A stretch of DNA of 64,000 bases. Source: the human T2T-CHM13v2.0 reference genome, Homo sapiens. Below are positions 1 to 19,574 of this stretch, piece after piece. How positions within the stretch are numbered: position 1 is the stretch's first letter; each line of letters opens with the position of its first letter. A program made the position numbers and the translations under genes. The stretch lies in assembly GCF_009914755.1 (NCBI RefSeq), contig NC_060929.1. One strand, 5' to 3'. The notes below the pieces were generated by a model. It made no database searches. It was not told the DNA's origin and was given only the letters and a program-made list of their open reading frames with translations.

Positions 1-872
1 TTTCTTCTCATCAGGAATTGGATATTTTGATGAATTTCCTAAGTCTACCAATTTTTACAAAATAGAAAAGAAGTCTAGTTGATAAGAGAAGATTCTATTG
101 CATTTTACAGATGAAAAGCTGCTGTTTTCAAACACGTCACATCATTCATTGGATAAGATAAATATAGTATATACTAAATATATAAGTTGTCATTTCAGTC
201 TTAAATTCATTAGGAAAACATTCAAGAACGGACTCAATTTTAGCTGATTTCCAAACAATAGTATCAGAAATCACACCTAAAATTTTGTCCCAGAAATTTG
301 AGGCTACTTGATATCTCACTTTTATTATATACTCTTCTGTGTGATAAAAGACCCAGGAAAAAAGTTTTTAAGCCAATACAGAATAATGTTACTATCCTTT
401 ATTTTAATATTACTCTTCTATAACTATAATGTTGAACTATGAAAATAACCAGGCAATTGTGAGAAGGAGTTATTGGTATTTAATCAAATAAAACAATTCT
501 AATGGCTTATGTGCAAACATAAAATATAGGAAAAAGCTATGTGCATCTGGGCAGTCAACTATCTTCTTCAGTCCTGTTCTAACATAATTAGTCTTTCAAA
601 TAGTCCATCAGTAATCAGAAAATCATCTTTTAAGCTAAAGAAGCTCTAATTATATTAATTTTAAAGAAAAAAAGTTTAGCCTTCAGCATACATGTAGCTG
701 TCCAGAAATAAGAGCTGGATTTCGTCCATATAAAATATAAATTCTTTCTATTACACCCCTTCATTAAGGGTTGTTTCTCATGTCAAATAAATTTTGAGAA
801 AAAATAATTTAACTGGTGAATACAATTATCTTCTCCCCATCTAACATCTAACCTCTCAAAATATTTTAATAG

Positions 873-1343
<471 letters not shown>

Positions 1344-1395
1344 TAATAGATTACCTCTTACATGCATACTATTTATCTATAAATTTTAACTTTAG

Positions 1396-1675
1396 GACCC
1401 AGCACGGTGGCTCACGTCTGTAATGCCAGTACATTGGGAGGCCAAGGTGGGGCGGGGGGTGGTGGCGGATCACTGGAGGTCAGGAGTTCGAAACCAGCCT
1501 GGCCAACATGGTGAATCCCCTTCTGTACTAAAAATACAAAAATTAGCTGGGCATGGTGGTGTGTGCTTATAATCCTAGCTACTAGGGAGGCTTGAGCCCG
1601 GCAGGCGGAGATTGCAGTGAGTGGAGATCGCACCATTGTACTCCAGCCTGAGTGACAAGAGCAAGACTCAGTCTC

Positions 1676-1700
<25 letters not shown>
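1396..1700 (+). mobile_element. AluS (Sq/Sx-like), full length, with a G-rich insertion and a small right-arm deletion
   Basis: Alu dimer, linker tactaaaaatacaaaaatt, ~25-nt A tail. Degenerate TSD aaattttaactttag / aacctttaattttag. Confidence 0.93.
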
Positions 1701-1708
<8 letters not shown>

Positions 1709-4700
1709 ATTTTAGACTCAATATGGGAACCCTCAAACAGCTAAAATTGAAATATATAAATAAAACATACAAATGCCATATGTAATCACAATGAAAGGTA
1801 GAGCTAGATAAACTGACAAATTTTAATTCAGGTACCATAAACTATGACAAATCAAAGAAAAAATAGATCTTTGCATATGAGATGAATACATCAGGAACGT
1901 ACACAAAGTTGAATTCTAAGATAATTTTTTAAAATCGAGCCATACTTAATATATAAAGAAATAAAGACTGTTTACTAAAACTGGGGGATATGATACTTTT
2001 TTTTTTTTGTCAGTTCCTACAAGAAAATTAAAGAGGACCAGTTCTTAACTACTAATTCTTTAAAAATTAGATACACTCCTGGTCAAATAAAAGATTTATA
2101 CTTTTTTTGTAACCAGAGAATTATGTAAGAAAGGAATATAACCCATTCAGAAATTATACAATCCTTCTTTCATCTCAAAGAATACTAAGATCTGAAACAT
2201 GAATATCTCTTGAGATTGATGCCAGGTTCATAAAGAATAGTGACAGGCTTTGGCAAACAAGTTTCAGATATTAAATTCTGGTTACTACAGAAATCTAATA
2301 AAAGATAACATAATACAAAACTTGTGGGATATTTTACAACAAAAGGCGGAAGACCAGAACGTGTTTTAGTGCATTACACTTCTCCATTGTTAGTAGATTT
2401 TTAGTAGATTTTCTCAACATTATTACGTTTATTTTAATGTGATAAAAACATATTCAGGCTTTTATTTTTAGCTTATCTGAAAGGGCCATTTCATTTGCTA
2501 CTTTTCTGTTTTAAACTTTAACTGGTTTTAAAACAGAAATGATTTCAGAGTATTTCTATTACCCATCGTTTATCATTAAAAATGATGTAAGTATTTATAT
2601 TACCCCATCATTTATCATTACCTGTATGTTTGTACAGACAGTGATACATCCTGAATATGTTTCATGCTTTTTAAAGTAATATTTATAATTTTAGAACATT
2701 CACAAATTCATTATGTGAAAGTCTGAACAATGTACAATTATATGAAGTAACAGAAATTACACTCTTATGTTGGCCTTCCTCAAATCTACTCCATAGTAGA
2801 AGCAAGCATATTAGAAACAATCATCTGTTCCAAAAAAGGCAAAGCTGGCGTGTTATGTTATTTTGTTTTTCCCCATAATTCTGCACTATTATTTGGCAAA
2901 GATGGATACTTATGAAGCTATTACCATCTAAATTCACTGGGGTAGACAATAAGAAAGCTGGTGGTGAGTGTGGCATTTTCCTTTAGGGTACTCTTTCAGT
3001 GCTCTCACTCTTAGGTTTGGATCTATTCCTCTTTCATTTCTCTTTTTTAAAGGCATTCTCATGTAAAGCTTTGGAAAAGATTATATAAGCTAATAGTCTA
3101 TTACTTGTTTGTATTTCAATTCTATATTTACTTGTACAATGTAACAAAAATACTTGATACAGTCATTAAGCATTTTTTTAAATGCTGTATTTTAACATAC
3201 CACAGCATGTCATATAAAGTTTGCATGTTGCCCAATGAGTCATAGAGTAGCTATCCAACAAATATCCATTAAGTGAACAAAGACTCAAGATGCCGAGGCT
3301 GTTTTGCTTGTTTGTGTTTTGCTTGGTTTATTTGTTTAGATGTAGAGCATTTTATTGCCTAACAAAATATAAATTAAGCTAGGCCTTGGTCTTCTGACTC
3401 TGCTGAAGAAAACGTGGCCTGAATCTTCAGCAATAAGTAGAGTCAAGTTGAAAAATACCCATAAAATTGCACATTTCTGAAGAGTCTATTATCTACTTTT
3501 TAATTTCTCATTGCTTCTGTGATTTGTTCTATATTTAAGAGAGTTGGGGCAAAAAAAAAAAAAAAACAATGTGGTAGATTAAATTTAGACTTTGTTATCT
3601 TTGCATGTCTTTGGGGATCTAGGATGACCATGATTATATTTTAGTGAATAAACTAAAGAATAGCAAATTAACATCTGTCAAAACTCTGCATGGCTCTAAA
3701 GTATGTAGGAAGTATTTATAAATAACCAATCTGAAATACAAATATTTTAATTCCATGTTATGGTTACTATGTTTTATGCACAGACCTTTTTGAATAAGTT
3801 CTACAAATATACGCATGCATACCTTTACTTCTCTTTCCTGAAGTTTGTTGTCTTTTCCTGCCTTTGATAGCTTAACCTCCAAAACACAGTTCCAAGGACA
3901 ATTAGGTAGAAAGTCAAGCGACTGATTTCTTCTTTCCCATAAGCAAATAAGGAGTGATCACTAATTTATTTAGTAATTATTTTAAAATAATTTTTGAAAA
4001 TCTGAAAGCACTTATATTTAGTCACTAGTTTTTAATTAGGCATTCTCTCTCATATGAAAAACAATACAAAGTATTTATAACAATGTATACTCCTGAAGCA
4101 AAAAAAATTTGACACCTACTTAAGGCTGCTACTATTTTTATTTTGTTTTTAAACCAAATGAGACACAAAGTTTTAATATATTCCTGCCTACCAAAAACTT
4201 TCCCCTAAAGTGTCTTCACAGACTCCTTACAAGCTACCTAATATTGCATGAAAGTCCTGGAACAAAGATAAATGAGGTCCCTACTAAAGGTATTACAAGA
4301 CCAATTAACAACATATAAAATATAAATATGTTCATAAATACATTAAAATGGAGCCTTCGGGAGAAGTAGGTCAGTGGCCAGTTTTGACAAATGAGTGAGA
4401 ATTACAAAGTTAAATACCCTGGAAGGCTGTGAAATAATACTTTAACAGAAAGCATATTATATTATATTTTAAAAAGGAGATTTTACAATTGAGGATAGGC
4501 TCACCTACCAAAGGATGCTCTCCACATCCTAGTCTCTAAATGAGGCTTATTATCTTTAATTTCCCCATACCTCTCCAATACAACCCAATGTAACTCTCAA
4601 CATTCTTCAGTCTCAGAAAGTAGGTTTTCTAAGAAAATATGCAATGCTCTACATTTCCTTCCCCTCAATAATTACTTATTTTTTTACATGTTCATTTATT

Positions 4701-4836
4701 TTTTCCTCAAGGAAAAAATGTGTACTTTTTTCTCAGTTTTATAATCCTTCATGTATATTCTTGAACACATGCTTATCTCTTACAAGAATTAGGTTTTTCC
4801 ATTAACTACCCCTTTCACAGTTTTTTGTTTGTTAGG

Positions 4837-5123
4837 TTTTTTTTTTTTTTTTTTTTTTTTGAGATGAAGTCTCACTCTGTCGCCCAGGCTAGAGTGCAGT
4901 GGCGCAATCTGAGCTCACTGCAACATTTGCCTCCTGGTTCAAGCGATGCTTCTGCCTCAGCCTCCTGAGTAGATGGGACTACAGGCTCCCACCACCAGGC
5001 CTAGCTAATTTTTGTATTTTTAGTTCAGACAAGGTTTCGTCATGTTGGCCAGGCTGGTCTCAAACTCCTGACCTTGGCCTCCCAAAGTGCTGGGATTACA
5101 GGCATGAACCACTGCGCCCGGCC
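4837..5123 (-). mobile_element. AluS (Sx/Sz-like) with an ~18-bp left-arm deletion
   Basis: Poly-T then reverse Alu ending gcgcccggcc. The sequence ctgaccttggcctccc lacks the consensus caggtgatcc.. segment. Confidence 0.93.
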
Positions 5124-5479
5124 ATACTTATTTTAAGTTTCTGTTTCTTCTAATTATTAACTCTAAATGATAGTACATACTTAATCCTTTCAATTCCTCA
5201 TGTTATCACATCTAGCCTAATTTTAGGACTTAAGCTATCTCCACTGCATTAAAATTTTACTGACAAAATCATAAGTGAAATTTTATAGTACCCATTTTCT
5301 TAGAAAAATATTCATGGTCTGCTTTGCAAACTGAAAACATTTCTTTTTACATGGGAGATTCTACCAGTCCCTTCCAGAAACTATCCCGCATTTGAAAGTC
5401 TACTAATTGCTAAATTGAAAGTCTTCTAAAACCTCATAGAAGAAGATTCTCTGCTTTGCTCAGTAAAATATTAGTTTAT

Positions 5480-9655
<4,176 letters not shown>

Positions 9656-9749
9656 CTTTTTAAAAGGGAATTTTTTAGATAGGTTGATCCAAACAACTCA
9701 ATGTTAAGAACATAGACCTCAGTCTTCAGCTACATTTTGTTTTCTTCTC

Positions 9750-9935
9750 TTGATAGCATTTATTGCCTGCTAAAATATTATAATTGTGTTGTTTATTTTC
9801 TGCCACCCCATGCTAAGATTTAAGTTAAAAGAGGTGAATAATTTTTTCTTCATTGCTTTTCACACTGTGTTTCTTAGTACCTAGAATAATATTTGGCAAA
9901 TATAAGAATTAAAATATTTGTTGCAATAATAACAA
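9750..9935 (+). mobile_element. L2 3' end fragment
   Basis: agtacctagaataatatttggcaaatataagaattaaaatatttgttgcaataat resembles the L2 3' terminus. Confidence 0.55.
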
Positions 9936-11124
9936 ATGACACATTCGACCTTTAAGCTCACTTGCTTCTGAATCGCCATAGACTTCATTGCAGGAGGTAA
10001 GAAAGGCAAAGGTATGAAACACGATCAAACAACCCAATCTAATGCCCTCAAACTATTTTTCAATTCATTTTCTCAAGTTCTTTTTTTCTCACATTCTAGT
10101 TTACATTTAAGAGTTTACTATTATAAATACAGCTTTACAACTGAACTCCAATCCTTAGTCTGTTTATTTTAGCTGCAGTTGGCTAATAAATTCATAATAA
10201 TAATGAACTCAGTATACTACATTGTCCACATTCACCTCTGATTAAGTGAGCTTCTGAAAATTACACATTCAGATGGTGTCCAAAATATTCAAGACTATTC
10301 ATGTCAAAGTGGCACTCAAATCTTCTCTGTAGCCTGTCAATCCTATTTTATTTCATAAATAACTTTTATTTGCTTGGCCAAAACTTCTGTCATATTTAGA
10401 ACATCATTTACAAATTATTGGTAATATAGAGCCAAGAAGCCATCAGACTGAAAAGATCTCACCCCCTTTTCACTAGTCCTTAAAATCCGTCTGCTTCAGT
10501 AAGCATATCTTCCTTCTTTTCTTTTTATTTCCAAAGAGAAAATGTCCCTACTCCTGTCAAAGTGGAGCATTCTAATTATCCACTGTATCCCAATCTTTCC
10601 ACCTTATCCTATGAGCGTCTTTTTTTTCTCATTTCTCATGGATTGTTCATGTAAACAAAAAAGTATTTATTATATTTTACATCCTAAAATCAAAACAACC
10701 CCCACACGGCCTTCAATTTCCCTACAGTATCATTGAACTATAACCTTATATCTCTGTTCCTCTTCATAGCCACAGTTCTTGAAACAGTAGTCTGAATTTA
10801 TAGTCTCCTCTTCTAGAGTCCCTAATTAGTCTTTGAAATCCCTCAATGTGGATAGTACTCTGATTAAAATTGATCTGGACAAGGTCACCAATGATTCCAT
10901 GTTGGATAATCTAATAATTATTTTTAACTCCACTTTATTCTGTATCTCAGTTGATTTTGTCAGTTTATTAATGACTGTTTTGTTTTACTGAATATTTTCC
11001 TCTTTTTGCATCTGTAATGGTACTAAATACTAATTTTTCCTTTGATATCTGAGCATCTCAACTCAGTTTCCAGTGTCATCTCATAGTTAACATGCTCAAA
11101 ATGGAAGTATATATTCCTTCAAAA

Positions 11125-11590
11125 AACGCAAATACAAGCACACCCTCAAACATGTAAACTCACATACAAAAAACAGATGTGCATGTCTCACATACATGTT
11201 CCCATGCATACATGCACATCCCGACATATAGAAAAAACACATGCATATTTCTGCACATACACTCAAACACACTCACGCACTCACATATGCAGACATTGAC
11301 CAAACACATACAAAAGTATGCACAATGCCTACATGCACAACCACATATACTCTCTCACTGACACTGACACACATGCATTCCCCACACATATTCACACACA
11401 TATATACATATGCACGTCACACTCACATGCACTCATACCTATACTCACATATATACACATGTATACCGCAGGCCCCCTACAATGTCATATCCACACACAC
11501 ATGCACACCTGCACACATATATACTCACATATACACACTTGCGACTCCCCCACAGACATTCACACGCATTAAACTCAAACAGGCACACCA
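11125..11590. repeat. Degenerate (CA)/(CATA) low-complexity tract, ~460 bp
   Basis: Continuous cacacatat/cacatgcac variants, which explain the His/Thr-rich ORFs at 11179-11802. Confidence 0.9.
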
Positions 11591-11835
11591 CCATTTCTTC
11601 TCCAGTTCTTACCACCACCTACCTAGAAAATGAAGGCAGAAATGTGAAAGTTTTGCATCTACTCCTTTCTCATACTTCCATTTTAACTTCATCACCTCAA
11701 CTTATCAATTCTTCCTCAGAAGTACGCCTAGAATCTCCCTATTTATTTCTGTTTTCTTTGCCACCCAGCTACATAGACCATCACTTTTCATCTAGTTCCT
11801 AGCTTTTTTAAAGCTGCCAATTTTGCCCCCTTTAA

Positions 11836-12147
<312 letters not shown>

Positions 12148-12279
12148 TATTCTGCATAATTTAGAGAGTGTAACTATTTCAGAACACAATTCAGATTATG
12201 CCACTCTAACATTTAAATTAATTCAATGCCTATCCATCAACTACAATTTTCATTATTAAAATTATTCTATATTGAATAC

Positions 12280-12840
12280 ATAATGCTGGCAAGAACATGA
12301 TGAAATAGGTATCCTCTATTTTAGGTAGCAATTTAAATGACTTAGAAATACATTTGATAAAAATTTTGTAATACATTTCAAGATAAAAATTAGTAATGAT
12401 ACTATTTGACTTATGCTATTTCAGAGACACAATAACAAAATTATATCATATATTATGAAAGTGTGCACAAAAATAATTTAGATTTTCTATAATAGGAAAA
12501 AATTCACATTTATACATAAATAGGACACTAGGGAAATTAATTAAACTGTGAACTATTCATTCAATAAAATATTATGAATTTTTAAAAATATTTTAGAATA
12601 TATTTTATTAATATAATTAATATTCATGGCAGGTTAATAATATATAAAAATGCCTGATTATAAAGTATAAATGGCTGCAAATTTACATCTGCAGTATAAT
12701 CATAGCTCAATTAAAACTAAAGCAAAAGACATAAGAAATATACAAAAACATTAAGTGGTAAAATTTCAGTGATTCAATTATTTTAGCTTTCTTTTTCTTT
12801 ATCATCTGTATTTGTCATGAGACTATATAGAGAATAAAAA
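12280..12840 (+). mobile_element. L1ME-type 3' fragment
   Basis: aatgctggcaagaacatgatgaaatagg..., ttaaactgtgaactattcattcaataaaatatta and a terminal tttctttttcttt..tgtatt pattern. Confidence 0.45.
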
Positions 12841-13004
12841 CAATTTAAAAAGAATTATTATTTCCATTTTTTCTTTACCCAGTGGCAAATAAAATAAAAG
12901 CAGCTCTGCCAATCTCTCGGTCATTAAAGTTTTTGTTGGCTTTCTGTAAACTTCCTGAATTCAGAGTTTAGGCCTTAAGGTTAAAATATAAATCAGATAA
13001 ACTT

Positions 13005-13548
13005 CATACTCAGCCTTCCAATGACTTCCTAGCTCACTCAGAAAACAAAACAAACAAAATTAAAAACAAAGTAGTGCCTAGCAGTAGCCTAACTGCCACT
13101 TTAAGTTCTAGTTTCACTGGCCCTCCAACCTAGCCTGCTTTCCTCCACCTTCCCTGCCTCTATGTCAACCACACTGGCTTCCACGTCCTTTGAGTACCGC
13201 AGCTATCATGTCACCTGAGACACCTCACTGCCTCACCCTCTGCTAGAAGATTTTTTGCCCAAATAGTCAAATATTTGTAACCTAATTCTATTAGTTCTTA
13301 TAAAAGTAAATATCAACTTGAGTCTTATAAACTCTAACTCCTATTATACTTACTCAGTTTTTACTGTGATTTACTCTTCTTCATAACATTTATCATCTTC
13401 TGACAATCTATGTATTGGTTTATTTTCTACTTCGCATTACTGAAATATTAACTCAGTGACAAGAAGAATTATTTCCATTTTGTTCGTTATTCTATCTCCA
13501 TTGTGTGCCTACATTAGGTGCTCAGTGAACACTTTTTGAATGAATAAA
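13005..13548 (+). mobile_element. L2a 3' end
   Basis: ccttccaatgacttcct...ccacactggcttcc...taggtgctcagtgaacactttttgaatgaataaa. Confidence 0.7.
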
Positions 13549-13863
13549 ATTTAGAAATGTTTCAGATTATTGATTTTTTTCAGTTAAGAGAGGTACTTTT
13601 AGATGCATCTTTTACTAAATTTAAAGTACCTCAATCAACACCCTGACATCAACCCGAAATCAAAGTTCAAAACAGATGCACATTGAATAATGACATAATT
13701 AGGACAAATTTTTTTTTAAAACTAACCTCAAAGTATAATTGGAAATGTTAAAGGGAAAAAGTAAGCCTATATGACAAACCCTAAATGCTTGACAAAAATT
13801 TTATATTATTTTATTAGTCATTAATTGATTTGTCATATAAAAAACATTATGAGGGCATAACAT

Positions 13864-14303
13864 TGTCATAGGTTGGGTTCCCCACAAATAAACTTAGAAG
13901 TTATAAGCTTTCTGTGAATGAGATTTATTAAAAAGCGCTCTCTCAAATACAGCTAGTTTGCTTTGAAAAAAGCAAAATTGGACAGAGGAAGACTTCGAAC
14001 TACAGACATTTGCAATAGCAGCCAAGTCTACTCTGAAAGTGGCTCTGGAGCTGTCAGGAGTTATCCCCAGTTGAGGGAAATGAACTGGATCTTCATAGCT
14101 CCTCATTATCAATCAGAGGATACACGTTATCCTGGAAGTGGAGGGTGTGGTCTTGACACAGGCTGCTTTCAGCCAGGGCAATTACTAGAGAGGAACACAG
14201 ATATTCAGCCACCAACATTCTCAGCAAGGAGGGGGAAAAAGTACCTCTATCTTGAAATTGGTAGTAGGGGTAATACATAGCGTGCCATACAGCATCTACC
14301 ATA
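13864..14303 (-). mobile_element. LTR16-family solo LTR (ERVL)
   Basis: Begins tgtcataggttgggttcccc and ends gcgtgccatacagcatctaccata, the reverse complement of the LTR16 start TGTAGTGGATGCTGTGGTGC. Confidence 0.7.
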
Positions 14304-14536
14304 TGAATTCAAGCTTGCCAAGTTTATTACTCTCCCCATATAGCTATGGTAAAAATAGTGGCAATTTCTTCAGGTCATATTTCTACTTTATTCAAATCCT
14401 TCCGGAAATAAAGTAAAATCAAACATATTAATATTCACCTTGCTTCTGTTAGTGGAGGAATCATCAAGTATTTTAGGATAGTAGTTTTCTAACCTTAGAG
14501 GATATAGGAACAACTTATAGCATGTTTCAAAGATAG

Positions 14537-14944
14537 TATATTAGTCAATTCTCACATTGCTATAAAGAACTACCTGAGACTGGGTAATTTATAAGAAAAA
14601 TAAGTTTAATTGGCTCACAGTTCTGCAGGCACCATGCTGGCATCTGCTCAGCTTCTGAGAAAGCCTCAGGAAACCATAATTATGATGGAAAGCTAAGAGG
14701 AGAGCAGGCATGTCAATGGCCAGAGCAGGAGCAAGAGAGCAATGGGAGAGGTGCCGCACACTTTTCAACTACCAGATCTCCCAAGAACTCCCTCACAACT
14801 CTGAGGACAATAACAAGGGGGTGAAAACATTCATGAGTAACCCGCCCCTATGATCCAATCACCCCTCTTCAGGCCCCACCTTCAACACTGGGGATTACAT
14901 TTCAATGTGAGATTTGGGCAGAAATACACATCCAAACTATATCG
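14537..14944 (-). mobile_element. MSTA solo LTR (ERVL-MaLR)
   Basis: tattagtc..ttctcacattgctataaagaactacctgagactgggtaatttat ... catccaaactatatc. 5-bp TSD gatag/gagag. Confidence 0.88.
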
Positions 14945-15059
14945 GAGAGATAATCTCTTATCAGATCCCTAGATACTCTGACTCAGACTTTCTACATGTA
15001 GTCAGAAAATATAAAACTTTAAGTAGCACTATGTCTGTTTTTTTTTCCTCTTCTAAAAA

Positions 15060-16340
15060 GAAAAAAGAAACCACAGACTACGATTTGCAGAAAAAATAAA
15101 TTTGGTGTTATGGAAACTGCATAGATTTATAGCTGAAAAGTTCTAGTACTGCGGTAGCAACAAGAACACCCAATGATCATGCTTTGGTTTCTAAATATTA
15201 TATTTCCACAAAAAGAACAAGAGTTCCTTAGAAAAGTGGCTGATTCTCAGAGGAACAGGAAACATGCACTATGACACTGGAGTATCTTGTACTGCCAGAA
15301 AGTGAGAAAATATTAAGAAAAAAAAGAAGAAGAAGAGGAGGAAGAAATAAGAAGGTTATATTCAAAGTTTAGTTTAAGCAACTAAATGAATAATGTTTAC
15401 TTCTGGTTAGGGCCCCAATATATAAAGAACTTGGAAGGTGTCATTCTCATTCGTACAAGAATAAAAAGTTAAACAAACAGAAAATAAATGTATTTTTTTC
15501 CTAGAAACTATCAGAGAACTGAGGTTCTAGGACAAAAAGCCACCACCAAATTCAGAGACATTGAATACATTCATGGCCAGAATCAACTTACGAGATACAG
15601 AAAGTGCTGGAGCCATCAACTAGTAGTAACATTTAAATGGTAATTTTTATAAATTGCTAGAGGCTGAATATAGATGTACTTGAGAGTGATAAACTCCTGG
15701 ATACCAACTCTGGTGTGTGAGCCCACATTTTCAATTGTTCTAAGAACATCACCAGGTTTTCATGGCGAAATTCCAATAAAGTTTCTCTCGTGACTCTGGC
15801 AGAGTGAAGGAAAGAGTAATCACTGTGAAATATGCTTGGATTAGTCCCCACAGACTGTCCAAATATCCAGGGAAAAGACTTTCCCAGAGCATTGTTCCAC
15901 CTGGAGAAGGGCATTCCTTGGGCACAGCGTGCTTTAGTGGTCATACCTAGGGTGGGAGAGAGAAGCTCTACCACTAGAAGATCACTTGTATTGACATAGT
16001 TCAGACACAGGCCCACTAAAAGACTGAGATTTAAATATGATTCCACAACACTTCCTCTTCATAACTGAAAGTCATAGCAAAAGGGTTGCATTATAATAAT
16101 ACTCAATTATGGCAGGACAGGCTACATCAAACTGACTCTCTTTGAGGAGGAAGACTTTTGGAAGTCTGAAGTCAAGAAGAGAAACAAAATAAGGAAGCCT
16201 GAAAAGAATATAGTTAGTAAAATTGTATTGATTTAATTTCTTAGTTTTGATAAATTTATCATGGTTTCGTAAGGTGTTAACATTAGGAGAAGCTGAGTGA
16301 AATTTTCTGGAAATCTAACGTTATGCCAAAATAAAAAGGT
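15060..16340 (+). mobile_element. Mosaic of old L1MC/L1MD fragments (3' end pieces flanking a 5' region piece)
   Basis: L1MC-like ttggtttctaaata..ttccttagaaaagtggctgattc and aatttcttagttttgataaattt..ggtgttaacattagga. Confidence 0.55.
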
Positions 16341-16471
16341 GTGTGTGTGTATGTGTGTGTGTTTATGTTTGTGTTTTAAAATCTCATAGATCCCCTGCAA
16401 TATCTGTGTAGTTGTTATGTTTTGGACACAACAGGGAAATTCTAAACTGGAAGCTTTTAAAAATTTTCTAT

Positions 16472-19290
<2,819 letters not shown>

Positions 19291-19347
19291 TAAAAAAATT
19301 TGTTTCTATTTTATAACTAACATACAGAAAAATGTGAAAGCCGAAAT

Positions 19348-19570
19348 CAAGCTTGTCCAACTCTGGCCCAGAGGCCACATGTGGTCAAGGATGGCTTTGA
19401 ATGTGGCCCAACACAAGTTCATAAACTTTCTTAAAATGTTATGAGATTTTCTTGAGGTTTATTTTTTGGCTCATCAGCTGTTGTTAGTGTTAGTATATTT
19501 TATGTGTGGCCCAAGACATTTTTTCTTCTTCCAATGTTGTCCAGGGAATCCCAAAGTTTGGACATCTCTG
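19348..19570 (-). mobile_element. MER30 (hAT-Charlie non-autonomous DNA transposon)
   Basis: Termini caagcttgtccaa ... ttggacatctctg. Internal ctcatcagct..gttagtgttagt. 8-bp TSD gccgaaat/gcttaaat. Confidence 0.9.
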
Positions 19571-19574
19571 GCTT

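Noticed and set aside
9957-10002. Strong plus-strand donor GAG/GTAAGA
   Set aside because: The upstream acceptor is weak and there is no other support.
11179-11802. Four overlapping His/Thr-rich ORFs resembling a metal-binding protein
   Set aside because: They are produced by a stop-poor CA-rich low-complexity tract that is open in all frames.
13894-14302. Three overlapping ORFs of 69-105 aa
   Set aside because: They lie within an LTR16 solo LTR and show no protein similarity that I recognise.
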